Of a stretch of DNA of 64,000 nt, positions 42,670 to 57,726 are shown in pieces (position 1 is the stretch's first letter; each line of letters begins with the position of its first letter). Where the stretch lies: the NCBI RefSeq assembly GCF_009914755.1, contig NC_060926.1. The stretch is one strand, 5' to 3'. Origin of the DNA: the human T2T-CHM13v2.0 reference genome, Homo sapiens. The translations under genes and the position numbers were made by a program. The notes beneath the pieces were generated by a model, which worked only from the letters and a program-made list of their open reading frames with translations, made no database searches and was not told the DNA's origin.

Positions 42670-44015
42670 TTTTATTATTATTTTTAATTATACTTTAAGT
42701 TTTAGGGTACCTGTGCACAACGTGCAGGTTTGTTACATATGTATACATGTGCCATGTTGGTGTGCTGTACCCATTAACTTGTCATTTAGCATTAGGTATA
42801 TCTCCTAATGCTATCCCTCCCCCCTCCCCCCACCCCACAACAGGCCCCAGTGTGTGATGTTCCCCTTCTTGTGTCCATGTGTTCTCATTGTTCAGTTCCC
42901 ACCTATGAGTGAGAACATGTGGTGTTTGGTTTTTTTGTCCTTGCGATAGTTTGCTGAGAATGATGGTTTCCAGCTTCAGCCATGTCCCTACAAAGGACAT
43001 TAACTCATCATTTTTTATGGCTGCATAGTATTCCATGGTGTATATGTGCCACATTTTCTTAATCCAGTCTGTCATTGTTGGACATTTGGGTTGGTTCCAA
43101 GTCTTTGCTATTGTGAATAGTGCCGCAATAAACATACGTGTGCATGTGTCTTTATAGCATTATGATTTATAATCCTTTGGGTATATACCCACTAATGGGA
43201 TGGCTGGGTCAAATGGTATTTCTAGTTCTAGATCCCTGAAGAATCGCCACACTGACTTCCACAATGGTTGAACTAGTTTACATTCCCACCAACAGTGTAA
43301 AAGTGTTCCTATTTCTCCACATCCTCTCCAGCACCTGTTGTTTCCTGACTTTTTAATGATTGCCATTCTAACTGGTGTGCGATGGTATCTCATTGTGGTT
43401 TTGATTTGCATTTCTCTGATGGCCAGTGATGATGAGCATTTTTTCATGTGTCTTTTGGCTGCATAAATGTCTTCTTTTGAGAAGTGTCTGTTCATATCCT
43501 TCGCCCACTTTTTGGTGGGGTTGTTTGTTTTTTTCTTTGTAAATTTGTTTGAGTTCTTTGTAGAATCTGGACATTAGCCCTTTGTCAGATGAGTAGATTG
43601 CAAAATTTTTCTCCCATTCTGTAGGTTTCCTGTTCACTCTGATGGTAGTTTCTTTTGCTGTGCAGAAGCTCTTGAGTTTAATTAGATCCCATTTGTCAAT
43701 TTTGGCTTTTGTTGCCATTGCTTTTGATGTTTTAGACATGAAGTCCTTGCCCATGCCTATGTCCTGAATGGTATTGCCTAGGTTTTCTTCTAGGGTTTTT
43801 ATGGTTTTAGGCCTAATATTTAAGTCTTTAATCCGTCTTGAATTAATTTTTGTATACGGTGTAAGGAAGGGATCCAGTTTCAGCTTTCTACATACGGCTA
43901 GCCAGTTTTCCCAGTACCATTTATTAAATAGAGAATCCTTTCCCCATTTCTTGTTTTTGTCAGGTTTGTCAAAGATCAGATAGTTGTAGATATGCAGCAT
44001 TATTTCTGAGGGCTC
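42670..44015 (-). mobile_element. 5'-truncated L1PA (about PA3-PA5) with frameshifted ORF2 C-terminus
   Basis: ORF2 fragments including [18 protein letters not shown]; 18-bp TSD tgaacacattaac(a/g)ttta at 42652-42669 and 44016-44033. Confidence 0.96.
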
Positions 44016-44099
44016 TGAACACATTAACGTTTACTAAACATATTATAGGTCAGTAGATAACTTCCGTAAGGTCCAATCATCACACTCACCCATCTTCCT

Positions 44100-45160
44100 G
44101 CAACGTCACTACATTCTCAGTTCTTTCCACTGTTACTGTGAATGAACTATGTGTGTGCCTACCTAAAACAACCTCTCCACTTATCTGCCAGATCCCTTCC
44201 CCTCCTGCCCACTTACAGACTTTGCTCCAGGAAGTCTCCCTCTCTTTTTTTGTATCAATTTTTCCATCTCTCAATAACCATTCTCATCCGCATACAAATA
44301 TACTGCTTTCCCCCTGTCCTCAGTAAAACAAACCCTCTCTTAATGCCACTTTCACCACTAGCTGCTACTCCTTCTCTTTCCCTTTATGACAAAACTCCTT
44401 GAAAGAGTTTTGCGTATACCCATTGCTATAACTTCTTTCTTTCCATTCTCTCTTCAACTAATTCCAAACATACATCCCCAGTGCGCTTATTAAACTGCTG
44501 TTATTAAGGACACTAAAGACCCGTGTTGCTAAATCTAATGCTCAGTTACCAGTTCTCATCTTGCTTGACTAATCAGCAACTTTGAGATGCTGGTGATTCT
44601 CTACTGTTTGAAATACTTTCTTCACTTGGCTCCCAGGATTCCACACTCTCTTACCTCTCTGGCCACTCCTTTTCAGTCTCTTTTGTTGGTTCCCATTGAT
44701 CTCCTAGACCTCAGCACAAAGCAGTTTTCCATGTTCCTCTCTTCTATTCTATCAACACCCACCCCTGGAGGACATCATTCGGTCTCATGGTTTAGGTCCC
44801 ATCTATATGTTGATTATCATGTCTCTCAAATTTACATCTTTAATCTGAAACTCTCCTGTGAACTCTAGACTTGTGTATCTTACTGCCCACTCAACATGTC
44901 CACTTGGATATCTAATAAATATCTCAATATCAGGAGCTCAGTGTGCCCCAAACTGAGCTGATATTGTCCCTGCCCCACCTTGTACTTTCCACGGTCTTCC
45001 CCATGTCTGTTGATGACAACTCCACCCAGTCCTTTTCTTTCTCTTTCACCACACACTACATGTCAGCTAATCCTATTGGTTCTACTTTCAATATGTATCC
45101 AGAAACCAACCACTTCTCACCACTCTACTTTTATGACCTGGTCCAAAACACTGTAATCTC
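44100..45160 (+). mobile_element. L2 fragment(s)
   Basis: Pyrimidine-rich L2-like sequence: gttgctaaatctaatg...ctcatcttgcttgac...cacttggatatctaata. Confidence 0.7.
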
Positions 45161-45174
45161 TCTGTTAGGTACAC

Positions 45175-45440
45175 AAATAACAGTTAAGAGTGCAGGCCCT
45201 GGAGTCACACCATGAAGGTTTGAATCCTGGCACTGCCACTTACTAAGAGTAGGATGTTGGGCAAGTTATTTGCCGTCTCTGAGCGTCGGTTTCCTCATTT
45301 GTAAAATGGGGATAATAGTAACAGCAATATTACTGCTTCTAGTACTACTAATATTAATTGTTACAAGGATTAAATGAGAAAAACGTATAAACTGCTTAAC
45401 AGTGCCTTGCAAATAGTATGTGATCCACACACATTTGCTA
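45175..45440 (+). mobile_element. MIR
   Basis: gtttgaatcctggcactgccactta...gtttcctcatttgtaaaatggggataata. Confidence 0.8.
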
Positions 45441-45911
45441 TATACTATTATGCTATAAATCTATGAAAGCTTCATGACAATAGGTGGAAAATTGTAGGCA
45501 AGAAGATCAGAGAAATTGTGGAAATGGCCATTTTCCCAAGCATAAAGCATCCAAATCTTTAAATACCCAAACTCACACTGAACCAGGTTGGGAAATTTTT
45601 GTACCAACCCACTCTGACCTGTGTCTATTGCTTGGTATGTTGCTTTCTTTGTGCGGCTTTTACCTATAGATTTATAGAATAACAATCCATGGCTAACATT
45701 TCTTAATTATGTACTATTTGCTGTCATTGCTTCTCTTTCTTTTGTCTTGAGAAGAATTTCTACAGCTCCTCTTTTCCAAATTTTCATTCAGATATTCAGA
45801 CAGGCTTAGACCTGATACTGCCTGTATGTGGGTTGGCCTCCCATTTCAGGATTTCATATCTAGTTTGCTGTCACTTCTACCTATTATAACATTCAAAAGG
45901 GGGCCCTATAA

Positions 45912-47960
<2,049 letters not shown>

Positions 47961-49764
47961 AAAAGGGGGCCCTATAAACCCAGTTAACACTGCAATGAGA
48001 GCCATTGTAAATTCTCATTTTATTGACAAAAAGAACCTGGGCTTCTTGGCAAAAGTAGTTGATACAAAAAAGGTAAACTGCTGAGTGAGAATGAAAAAAG
48101 CAAGTAATTAAAACTACACCCACGAAATTCAGGACCAAAACAGCCAGACATCTTTCAGAAAAGGAAGTTGATAAATTAAAGAATTTCCCTAGATACCCAG
48201 AAAATAACCTTTTATATTTGGGATTCAACTTCAGTGTTTGAAACTCCAGGATTTTCTTTTGGCTAAATACAAGGATTCTTAGGAGGGAATCCCTTGCTGT
48301 TGTGATTTGGTTTCAGCGGGGTTCAGAAGGGCACATGGTGATTTGGCTGCAAAACACTAAGAGATACCTTCCCCACTGCCAACCCCCTCCCCAACTTGCC
48401 ACTCATGTAATCTGAGGCTCTCGGTAACATGCAGGTTGCAGACACCAAATGAATTAGGCAGATGGAACTCATACGTCAAAGACACATACTTGGATTCCTT
48501 TTTGGCCATTGGTGCATTTCCTCTCTTTCTTTTTTAATCAGCCTCATAAATCTGACCTTGACAAGGTCCTGCCTCTCTATAGCATAGTTGGAGGTGAGAT
48601 GGTAATATGTCCTGAAGCTTTCATTTTCTTCTCCACTTGAGTGACCATCAATGCCACGTGGCACCCATTCATTATGGGGCTCAGGTGCGGCTGTGAGGAG
48701 GCATGTGCCAAGTCCTGCCAAATTGGTTACTCCTTCCAAAAGAACAGGATGGTTCTCCAAATACTGCATATCAGATGATAACACTTCGCAGTGCCCGATG
48801 AAATCCTGGCATGCCTAGAGCTGTGAGGAACACAACACATTGTTAGGTATTCTTCTGAGTATCTGGTTCATAATAGCTATTTACATACTGACTAATGACT
48901 ACCTGGATTCACATAATTTTTAAAGGGGTTTATCCAAATCGAGAATTGAAGACAAAATCAGAGTGGTCCAGAATAGTAACCTTGTTCTCTGAGGTGGGGG
49001 CAAATGCCAATGGATTTGTGTTGAATTCACCATTTTCAGGGATATCTGACTCAATGTTTGTCTCCTGGTCTTGACAATGGGAATCTGGAATACTGACCTA
49101 GCTCATGTGGGCAAAGTATGGATTTCTCACCACTTGTGAAAAGCTGCCTTCTGGCTTCTAGCAGTTACATCTTTGCTAGTCTTTGGTCCTTCCTGAGTTT
49201 TTGCCGTTTTCTCTCTGCCCTTCTTGGAAGGAGGCCGTCTCTTTTTCTCCTCTCAACCAGAGGCTGTCCACAGCTGGCTCAATGTCCCCTTGTGCTGCCA
49301 GGTCCCCTCCCCTCCTCCTTGGTTGGGGAGGGGAAGTTCCAGGCACTCTCTTTATTCTCCAAGCATGATTTGTACCCATAAAATGTGGTAGCTATGGGCA
49401 GTCTTTTTCCATAGCGGCCTTTCTATCTAGTCCATTTTAAAGACCTTGAGAAATGGAGATACCTTATCGTACTCTGGCAGCTTATTTCTGCTATTCACAA
49501 AACAGCATTAAACTCCTTTTATGGGCTCATAACAAAATAGCCTATTGAAAGAATATAATGGCCCCTGTGCTTTTGAATGCTCATCATTTCACTATTACTA
49601 AAGATGCTTTATGTTTTTAGGGTCCTGATGATAGGTCTTCATGCTTTTCATTAGGGCATAATCCTTGGGAGAGTAATGCTCTATACCACTTCCAGGACTG
49701 TGGCCTGCAAATGTGAGCAGTCACCAAATATTATTGTTGGAGCTGATAAATGAGAACAATGACA

Positions 49765-49990
49765 ATAGCTGTCATTCATATATTGAGCTCTTTTTATAAG
49801 TCAGATTTTGCATTCTTTATGTTGATAAGTGCTTTATATCCATTATATGTTTGGATGCTCCTAACATTCTAAAGGTATTATTATTCTTATCCCCATTTCA
49901 CGGATGAGGAAATCAAGGCCTGAAGAAGCTAAGTACTCCCCCATTGTGCAAATCACACTAGAATTTAAATCCAAGTCTCTCTGATGCCAC
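49765..49990 (-). mobile_element. MIR
   Basis: atccccatttcacggatgaggaaatcaaggc. Confidence 0.7.
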
Positions 49991-50429
49991 ATCCTAGACT
50001 CTGTGTTGTACTGTCACTGTGTCATCATAGATTATTAGATTCCCCTGTCTTGGCTATGAGGACACATATTTTCATAGTTTTCCCCCCATTTTCCTACTCA
50101 TGCTTTTTTGTGGTACCTCCTCCTCTAATGGAGATCTAAATGCTTGTGCCTCAGAGCCTGGATATTGACCTCTTAGTTTTTCTAGCTATACTTTCCCCTA
50201 AGCAATTTCATCAAGTCCCATGAGTTTAATTATCAGTATGCGTATAGCACCTATGCGCTGATATAGCCAAAATCTAAATCTCTAGACCAGATGCTTCCCT
50301 CAGGTTCACACATCCAATTGCCTCTCCAACTGAGATTGGCAGCACCATTCAAGCACTCACACTAGAAATGTAGCATGGCTCTTGATCGCTTCTTTCCCTC
50401 ATCTGCACTCGCAGTAATTTTTAAAAATT

Positions 50430-50748
50430 CATTTTTATTTTTAACTTTTATTTTAGGTTTGGGGGTACATGTGCAGGTTTGTCATATAGGTAAACTCATT
50501 TCACGGGGTTTATTGTACGGATTATTTCATCACCCAGGTACTAAGCCTAATACCCAACAGTTACTTTTTCTGCTCCTCTCCCTCCTTCCATCCTCCCCAC
50601 TCAAGTAAGCCCCAGTGTCTGTTGTTCCTTTCTTTGGGTCCACGAGTTCTCACCATTTGGCTCCCACTTATAAGTGAGAACATGCAGTATTTGGTTTTCT
50701 GTTACTGTGTTAGTTTGCTAAGGATAATGGCCTCCAGCGCCATCCATG
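50430..50748 (-). mobile_element. L1PA (older primate) 3' end inside L2 sequence
   Basis: ttttaggtttgggggtacatgtgcaggtttg...cccacttataagtgagaacatgcagtatttgg. Confidence 0.88.
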
Positions 50749-50759
50749 TATTTCTATGA

Positions 50760-51212
50760 TTTTGACCTTTACCCATTTCTCTCTGTTTCCACTGCTGCCT
50801 CCTTAGTCCAAGTTACTAATATTTCTTGTCTGCATGATTGCAATAGCTTCCTGACTGGCTTCCCTGCCTTCACACTTGCTACCCCCAGCTTCAATCCATT
50901 TTTCACACAGCTGTCTGAGTGACATTGCAAAACAATAATCAATGCCTCTCCCCTGCTTAAAACTCTTCAAAGTTTTTCTTTGGACTGAAGTCCAAACTCC
51001 ATAGTTTGGCCTTCAAGGCCTGCATAATCTAGCATTGCATATATCTGCAATTTCATCTCATACTACCCCTTCCTCATTCACTACTCTCTAGGTCTCTTTG
51101 CAGTTCCTCAAAGCTCTTTCATGCCTCAGGACCCTTGCACTGGCTGTTTACTCTGCCTGGAATGCTCTTTCTCTGGCCCATGGGTGCTCAATAATGTTAA
51201 TGGAATAAATGA
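50760..51212 (+). mobile_element. L2 3' fragment
   Basis: ttgcaatagcttcctgactgg...tctgcctggaatgctctt...gtgctcaataatgttaatggaataaatga. Confidence 0.75.
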
Positions 51213-52890
51213 GTATAGATTGTTTCTCTTATTTGAATACTATAAATAACTAATGAGAAAAATAATGTGTCATTAACGTTTTAGCCATTTGTATTTATAA
51301 CATTTAAATTATATGGTCTTAATATGATAGACCTATGGAATTTCTGAAGCATGTTTATGTGTTTACATGGATGGAGTAGGGAGGATAAGAGAGTGGGAGG
51401 AATGTATTCAGCATGTGATAACCATGAATCATGCATCCTGTGAGATAGATGGTGATATCCCTATTTTTCAGAACTCAGGTGGTTTGGGAAATTAGGTCGC
51501 TGGCTAAGGGTGAATAGGTAGAAAGAAGTGGGTAGAATTTACACGTGGTTTGACCCCAGTACCCATGTGCATTCCCCAGATCCTGGTGCCTTTGAGCAGA
51601 CACAGCAGAGAGAGAAGTTTGAAGGTAGAAAAGAGGAAAGACAGCTGGAAATACTGGTTTTTTTGTTCATCTGGGCAGTATCACAGGTGGCTGTGAATCA
51701 GAGACACCGGATATCTTAGTTATATCCAATTCTGCCTTATTTGTCAAACATGGCCCAAATGAACTGAATTAGACCCCAACTTCAAAACCCAGTATCCATA
51801 CACAAAGAAAAGGTGGTGAGTACAGTTAGGTGTGGCAATTAATGAGCCACCATCTGCTGAAACATCACACTTTAAGTGGGACTTAACATGGTTATGGGTT
51901 TCTTTGAACTTTTTTTTTTTTTCCTTTCCCACCATATGTGCTTAAAGGCTCCAAAAAGGAAACAGCTTAATCCAGGAATGTGAAAAAGAATGGTGACATT
52001 CTGCGGTGTGTCAGTGAAATGAGAAACTTATCAGGCACTGTCTATTTTGGGGGTTTTGTGGTATTTTATGGTTCCAGGCTTCTAGTCAGTGACAAAATGG
52101 CACTGCCAAGATGACTTACCACATGCGTGGGGTATAGCAGAGCACTATGGTAGGTGCTGCTTCTAAAATTTACTTTTGGCTTTGCCCTGGACTGAGTTGA
52201 CACACATACAGAAAATACTCCTTTTCCTCCAAGGCCTAACTGAGACAGCATCTTGGCTTACCCATATTCTTCCCAATGGAGAAAGGAATCTCTCTGTAGT
52301 AGGTTTTCCTGTTGCATTGTTTTGTACCTTGGTGACAGTACTAGTTTCAGGCAGTTCTTCTTTGTGGCTTCATGCATTTCTATCTTCCTTACCAACTACC
52401 TTAAAGCTCCCTCAGGGCACAGGCCGTGTTTTCTTCATCTTTACAAAATCCAGTGGGACTTTGCACAATAACTTACATTGAAGGTGCTCAATATATGCTG
52501 TTGAATTAAAATAAAATTGTTTTAGGAGAAAAAGTTAGAGTGATGACTTTAACATAAGATACTTCAAAAATGTGCAAAATGCACGTTTTGTATATATTGT
52601 ATATATTTGTAGGTTAACAATATAATTGACTGTATGCTTATATTGAATGCTGAAAAAAATCTGATACTACCAAGAGGAAACTTTCACACTCTTTATGAAA
52701 CCTAGTGTGTAGTTTTGGTTAAAATTCATAGTTTAAACTGCAGAATCTAAACGTTTGAAATGAGGAAAGATGTTGCTTTTAATCTTAGCACTGGTGCAAC
52801 AGGGTGAAAATCTTTTAGAATATGCATGGTTAGGATGGTTAGCTTAGCACAGGTATGTCAACAAAGCATTACCATAGCTCTGTGTTTGAG

Positions 52891-52928
52891 ATCTCTCTCT
52901 CTCTCACTCTGTGTGTGTGTGTGTGTGT
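52891..52928. repeat. Compound (CT)n(GT)n microsatellite
   Basis: tctctctctctctcactctgtgtgtgtgtgtgtgtgt. Confidence 0.9.
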
Positions 52929-55900
52929 CCATGGACCTTTTTTCTTAGGAAATATTTATTTAAAGAATTTCCTGACTATAGAGAGAAATATGATGAATGT
53001 CATAGATATTATGGTAAGTGCGTTTGGAGAAGGCAAAAGTATTTTGTTTTCTAAATATTTAAACATGACCTGCACATCAGTTGTGATGTGTAAATGCCAT
53101 GGGAATACTGGGAGCAACAAAGAAGGGGTTTGGAATGCTAGAGTGGATAGTTCTCTCTAACCCAGAAAGGACAGTTGGAAGCCAAAAGATGAGATAAAGT
53201 AACACTTGAAGAATATGCATTTGGCAACAATATCCGGGATAACTGCAGGAAGGTTGATCCTGGAGTCATGGAGGCCAAGGAGGAAGCTGTAATATAATAC
53301 AGATGTGACGGGTAGAGGCACAGTAAGAGCAAGTGGTAGAAATGTAGAGGAAGGAGTGGATATAAAAGAAATTTCAAAGGAGAGATCTCTATAACTTTGT
53401 CAATGTGATAGATAATTCTAAAATACTGTGTCTAAGTGAATTGAGTGATATAACACCAGCAAAAGAGTTGAGGAGGGCAGTTAGACCATAAGGAAATATG
53501 AGACTTTAATTTTGAATATCTTGAGCCCAATAACACATTAAAATACCCTGGTGGAAATTCTCCGGCTCTCCCTGTCATGTGAGGGATTCTGTTTTTCTCT
53601 GAGGGATGCACTGGGGATATCGGATCTGGAGATGGCAAAGAGAAATTTAAGACAAATAAAAAACAAGCTAAGTTTGAAAACATCAAGGTCATAGCATAGC
53701 CACAGCTAAGATATGCCAGGTGTTCTGGCTGGATATTTGATCTCCCATCATCTTGACTCCATGCTGAGCTAAATGGCCTCCTACACTGATTATATTCAGG
53801 TATAGACTTTTCCTTCCACTCATCTACAGCTATCCAGCTTGTAGTCAGTCATTAGAACATGTTAACTTTATGACTTAAAAATGTACAAAAAATACTTATT
53901 TTACAGTGGCCTAAGACACTGAAGCCTCCAAATGTATGAAGTAGACACTAGGCCAAAGAGGTATTCTCTGACTGCAATACAAATATTTCTGATATCCTCT
54001 TGGCAAAGTTTAACTCATCCTTTAAGAACTAACTCAACAGTTACTGTCTCTATGTAGCCCACCTGACTCCCCACGGCAGTTAGTCTCTTCATTGTCCATG
54101 TTCCCATGACCCTTTGTTCTCTTTTATTTTTTTACTACAGCATTTGCCTCTCATTCTGTCAATACATCTGTTTCTCGCCACTAGGCTGGGAGTATCTTGA
54201 AGATGGGCACCACTTACTCATCTTCATATTTTTCACTCCCCTAACAGAGTAGGGGGCTACTGGGTGATAGTTCATTGTTGGAAGTATCCAAAAGGGGAAT
54301 TTTAAAAACATAGATGGAGCAATGTGCAGTTGCTGTAACAAAGCCTGTGTACACATCATATGCCACATCCCTGCTGGCGCCATTAATGCTGCACCAGCAG
54401 AGGCAGCGCTCTCATTACATACTGCTGGCCCATATTTGTAATGTGTGACATTTTTTATGAAATACTGTCAAGGGCAATCCATCATATAGTAACCTTTGGA
54501 TTATATGCTGAGAATGGTCTTAAACATAGACATAAATGAACTTGAAGAATAATGCTATTTTCTAAAAAGAGTATGATCAAAGAGTTCTAGCTAGGAAAAT
54601 GAGACAGAATGGTAAGTTCTTTTAATTTAAACAGAAGTGCCTTAAAAAGAGGCTTTCTTCTGTCTAGCTCCAGCTGAAGACAGGGTTATTGTGTGAAGAT
54701 GATTAGGTGACTCTGGAATGTGGCTGAATATTTATTTCTTGTAATACATGAGGTGAAGACTTGAAAAGGGGATGAGGACTTGCTAAAGGCTTGACAACCC
54801 TTGGGGCTTCCAAGGTTTTGATAACTTTATCTCAAGATGCATTTCTAAAAATAAAAGAACACATGATGACTTGAGTGAATTTCAGATGTCAACTGTGGAC
54901 TCACAGTTAAAGGTATTCTCTCTGTGCATCTATTAAGATCTAGGATTTTATACATATTGTAGAGTATAAATTAAAGAAAGCTTCTAAGTCTTATCATTTT
55001 TGTGTAAATCCAGCTAAGACTCCTTTGATGAGCTCAGTGTTTGCTGTGAAGGAAAAGCTTATAGGTGAGAGGAACACTAAAATTATAATTCTTTGTCTTC
55101 CTTAATTAGACTAGAGCTCACCATAGACCTTGCTGAAACTGTGAGAAAATCCAAGCAATAATTCACACTGTCAGGTCAGCAGAAATGGGAATGCGGGTCT
55201 GATATAACTGAAAGATTTGCTTAAGTGATCTATCTATGAACTGAACCGCTCAGAATAGGCACACGATCTTCACTGGAAATGTACCCTCTGAAGATGCTAA
55301 ACACAAACAGCAATGAAAATAAATCCCAGCAAGAGCCTTATACCACCTTTACAGATGTCATCCTAGAGGAAGGATATAAAGCATATTAATACCAATTGAT
55401 GTAGGGCACTAATTAATAAGTCCCATTAAATCATGGAGTAATGACATTTAGCATGTAATGAATGCCTCATAATTTCTTCATCATTAATATTTCATAGCAT
55501 AAGAACACAAGCATTTTCATCCCTGGGCCAGTGCAGCATGGTTTTCTGTCTCTGACATGACCACAAGGGCATTGAGTGGCACGAGTGTATTGCACCTCTG
55601 TGGTATAGACTGACTATACCGCACAAGTGATTAACTCTTAGCACCCCGGGTCCTAGCGTTTCCTCATTTTAGAAAATGTGAATCTGCCTGCCATTCTTGG
55701 AAGTAACCTCTGTGACTGGAAGATGGAAGAACTGCCCCAGGCTCAGGTGTTGACTTTGGTGTGTAGCATTGCTTTGCTGTTGACCCCCACCCCCCAGCCC
55801 AAGAAGGAAACCTGCACAGGAGAAAATCATTACTTTGATTTATTACTGGGGGCTTGCTGTATGCAAAGGCAATAATCACCTCATGGAGCAGGTGCCACTG

Positions 55901-56446
55901 CCAGGGTTCATTGATTCCAGGCTCTTCTAGAAATTCCAGGAGGCCAGTCAGTCTGGCGGGAGATGGACGTAGTCAACGAAAAAAGAAGTCCATCTCATAG
56001 CAGGTTGAAATGAAGTGGGAGAAAAATCTCTGGTCATCGTTCTATCGCTCCACTGACACTCGGTGTCTTTTTCTTTCAGAAGAGGGGCTTGAGCAGAGAG
56101 AATGCTTAGAGGCTAAGCGATGGGCAAGTGAGAGGGAAAGAGCCGCGACAGATAGAGCTGGCTGCCTAGGGGTCTCAGAGGCTTCATCCTGCAGGCGGCA
56201 GGCGGCAGGACAAAGGGACCTTCGGACTCCAGATCAAGATTCCAAGGAGTTAAACGCTACCACGCAGCCCGACCTGGATGGGATTTGCTCCTGGGTACAA
56301 AACGGGACACTGATCAAAATCAACTTGGACAAGTGACAAGAGTGAGTCTTATGTCGGTGGATGTCTTTTAAGGTCGTTGGAGGGAAGAGGACGGGAGGGG
56401 TGTGCCGAGGGGTAGGTGGAGAGAGGCACCGAGTCCAGAGCCGGGA

Positions 56447-56452
56447 TATAAA
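56447..56452 (+). promoter_or_regulatory. TATA-like box (TATAAA) at the 5' edge of the purine-rich promoter
   Basis: ccgggaTATAAAtgca motif only; function not shown. Confidence 0.3.
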
Positions 56453-56549
56453 TGCACCAGGAGCCGGGGAGCAGAGGAGCAAATGAGTGGGGGAAAGTGT
56501 GAGAGGAAGAGTTGGAGAAAAGTCGGGGGAAAGTAGGGACAGGGTTAAG

Positions 56550-57726
<1,177 letters not shown>

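Noticed and set aside
42782-44024. ORFs with reverse-transcriptase-associated and zinc-knuckle sequence
   Set aside because: Frameshifted fragments of a 5'-truncated L1 ORF2 without promoter or ORF1; not an active gene
54391-54409. CTCF-like motif CCAGCAGAGGCAGC
   Set aside because: One base short in the core relative to CCASYAGRKGGCRS; spacing does not fit
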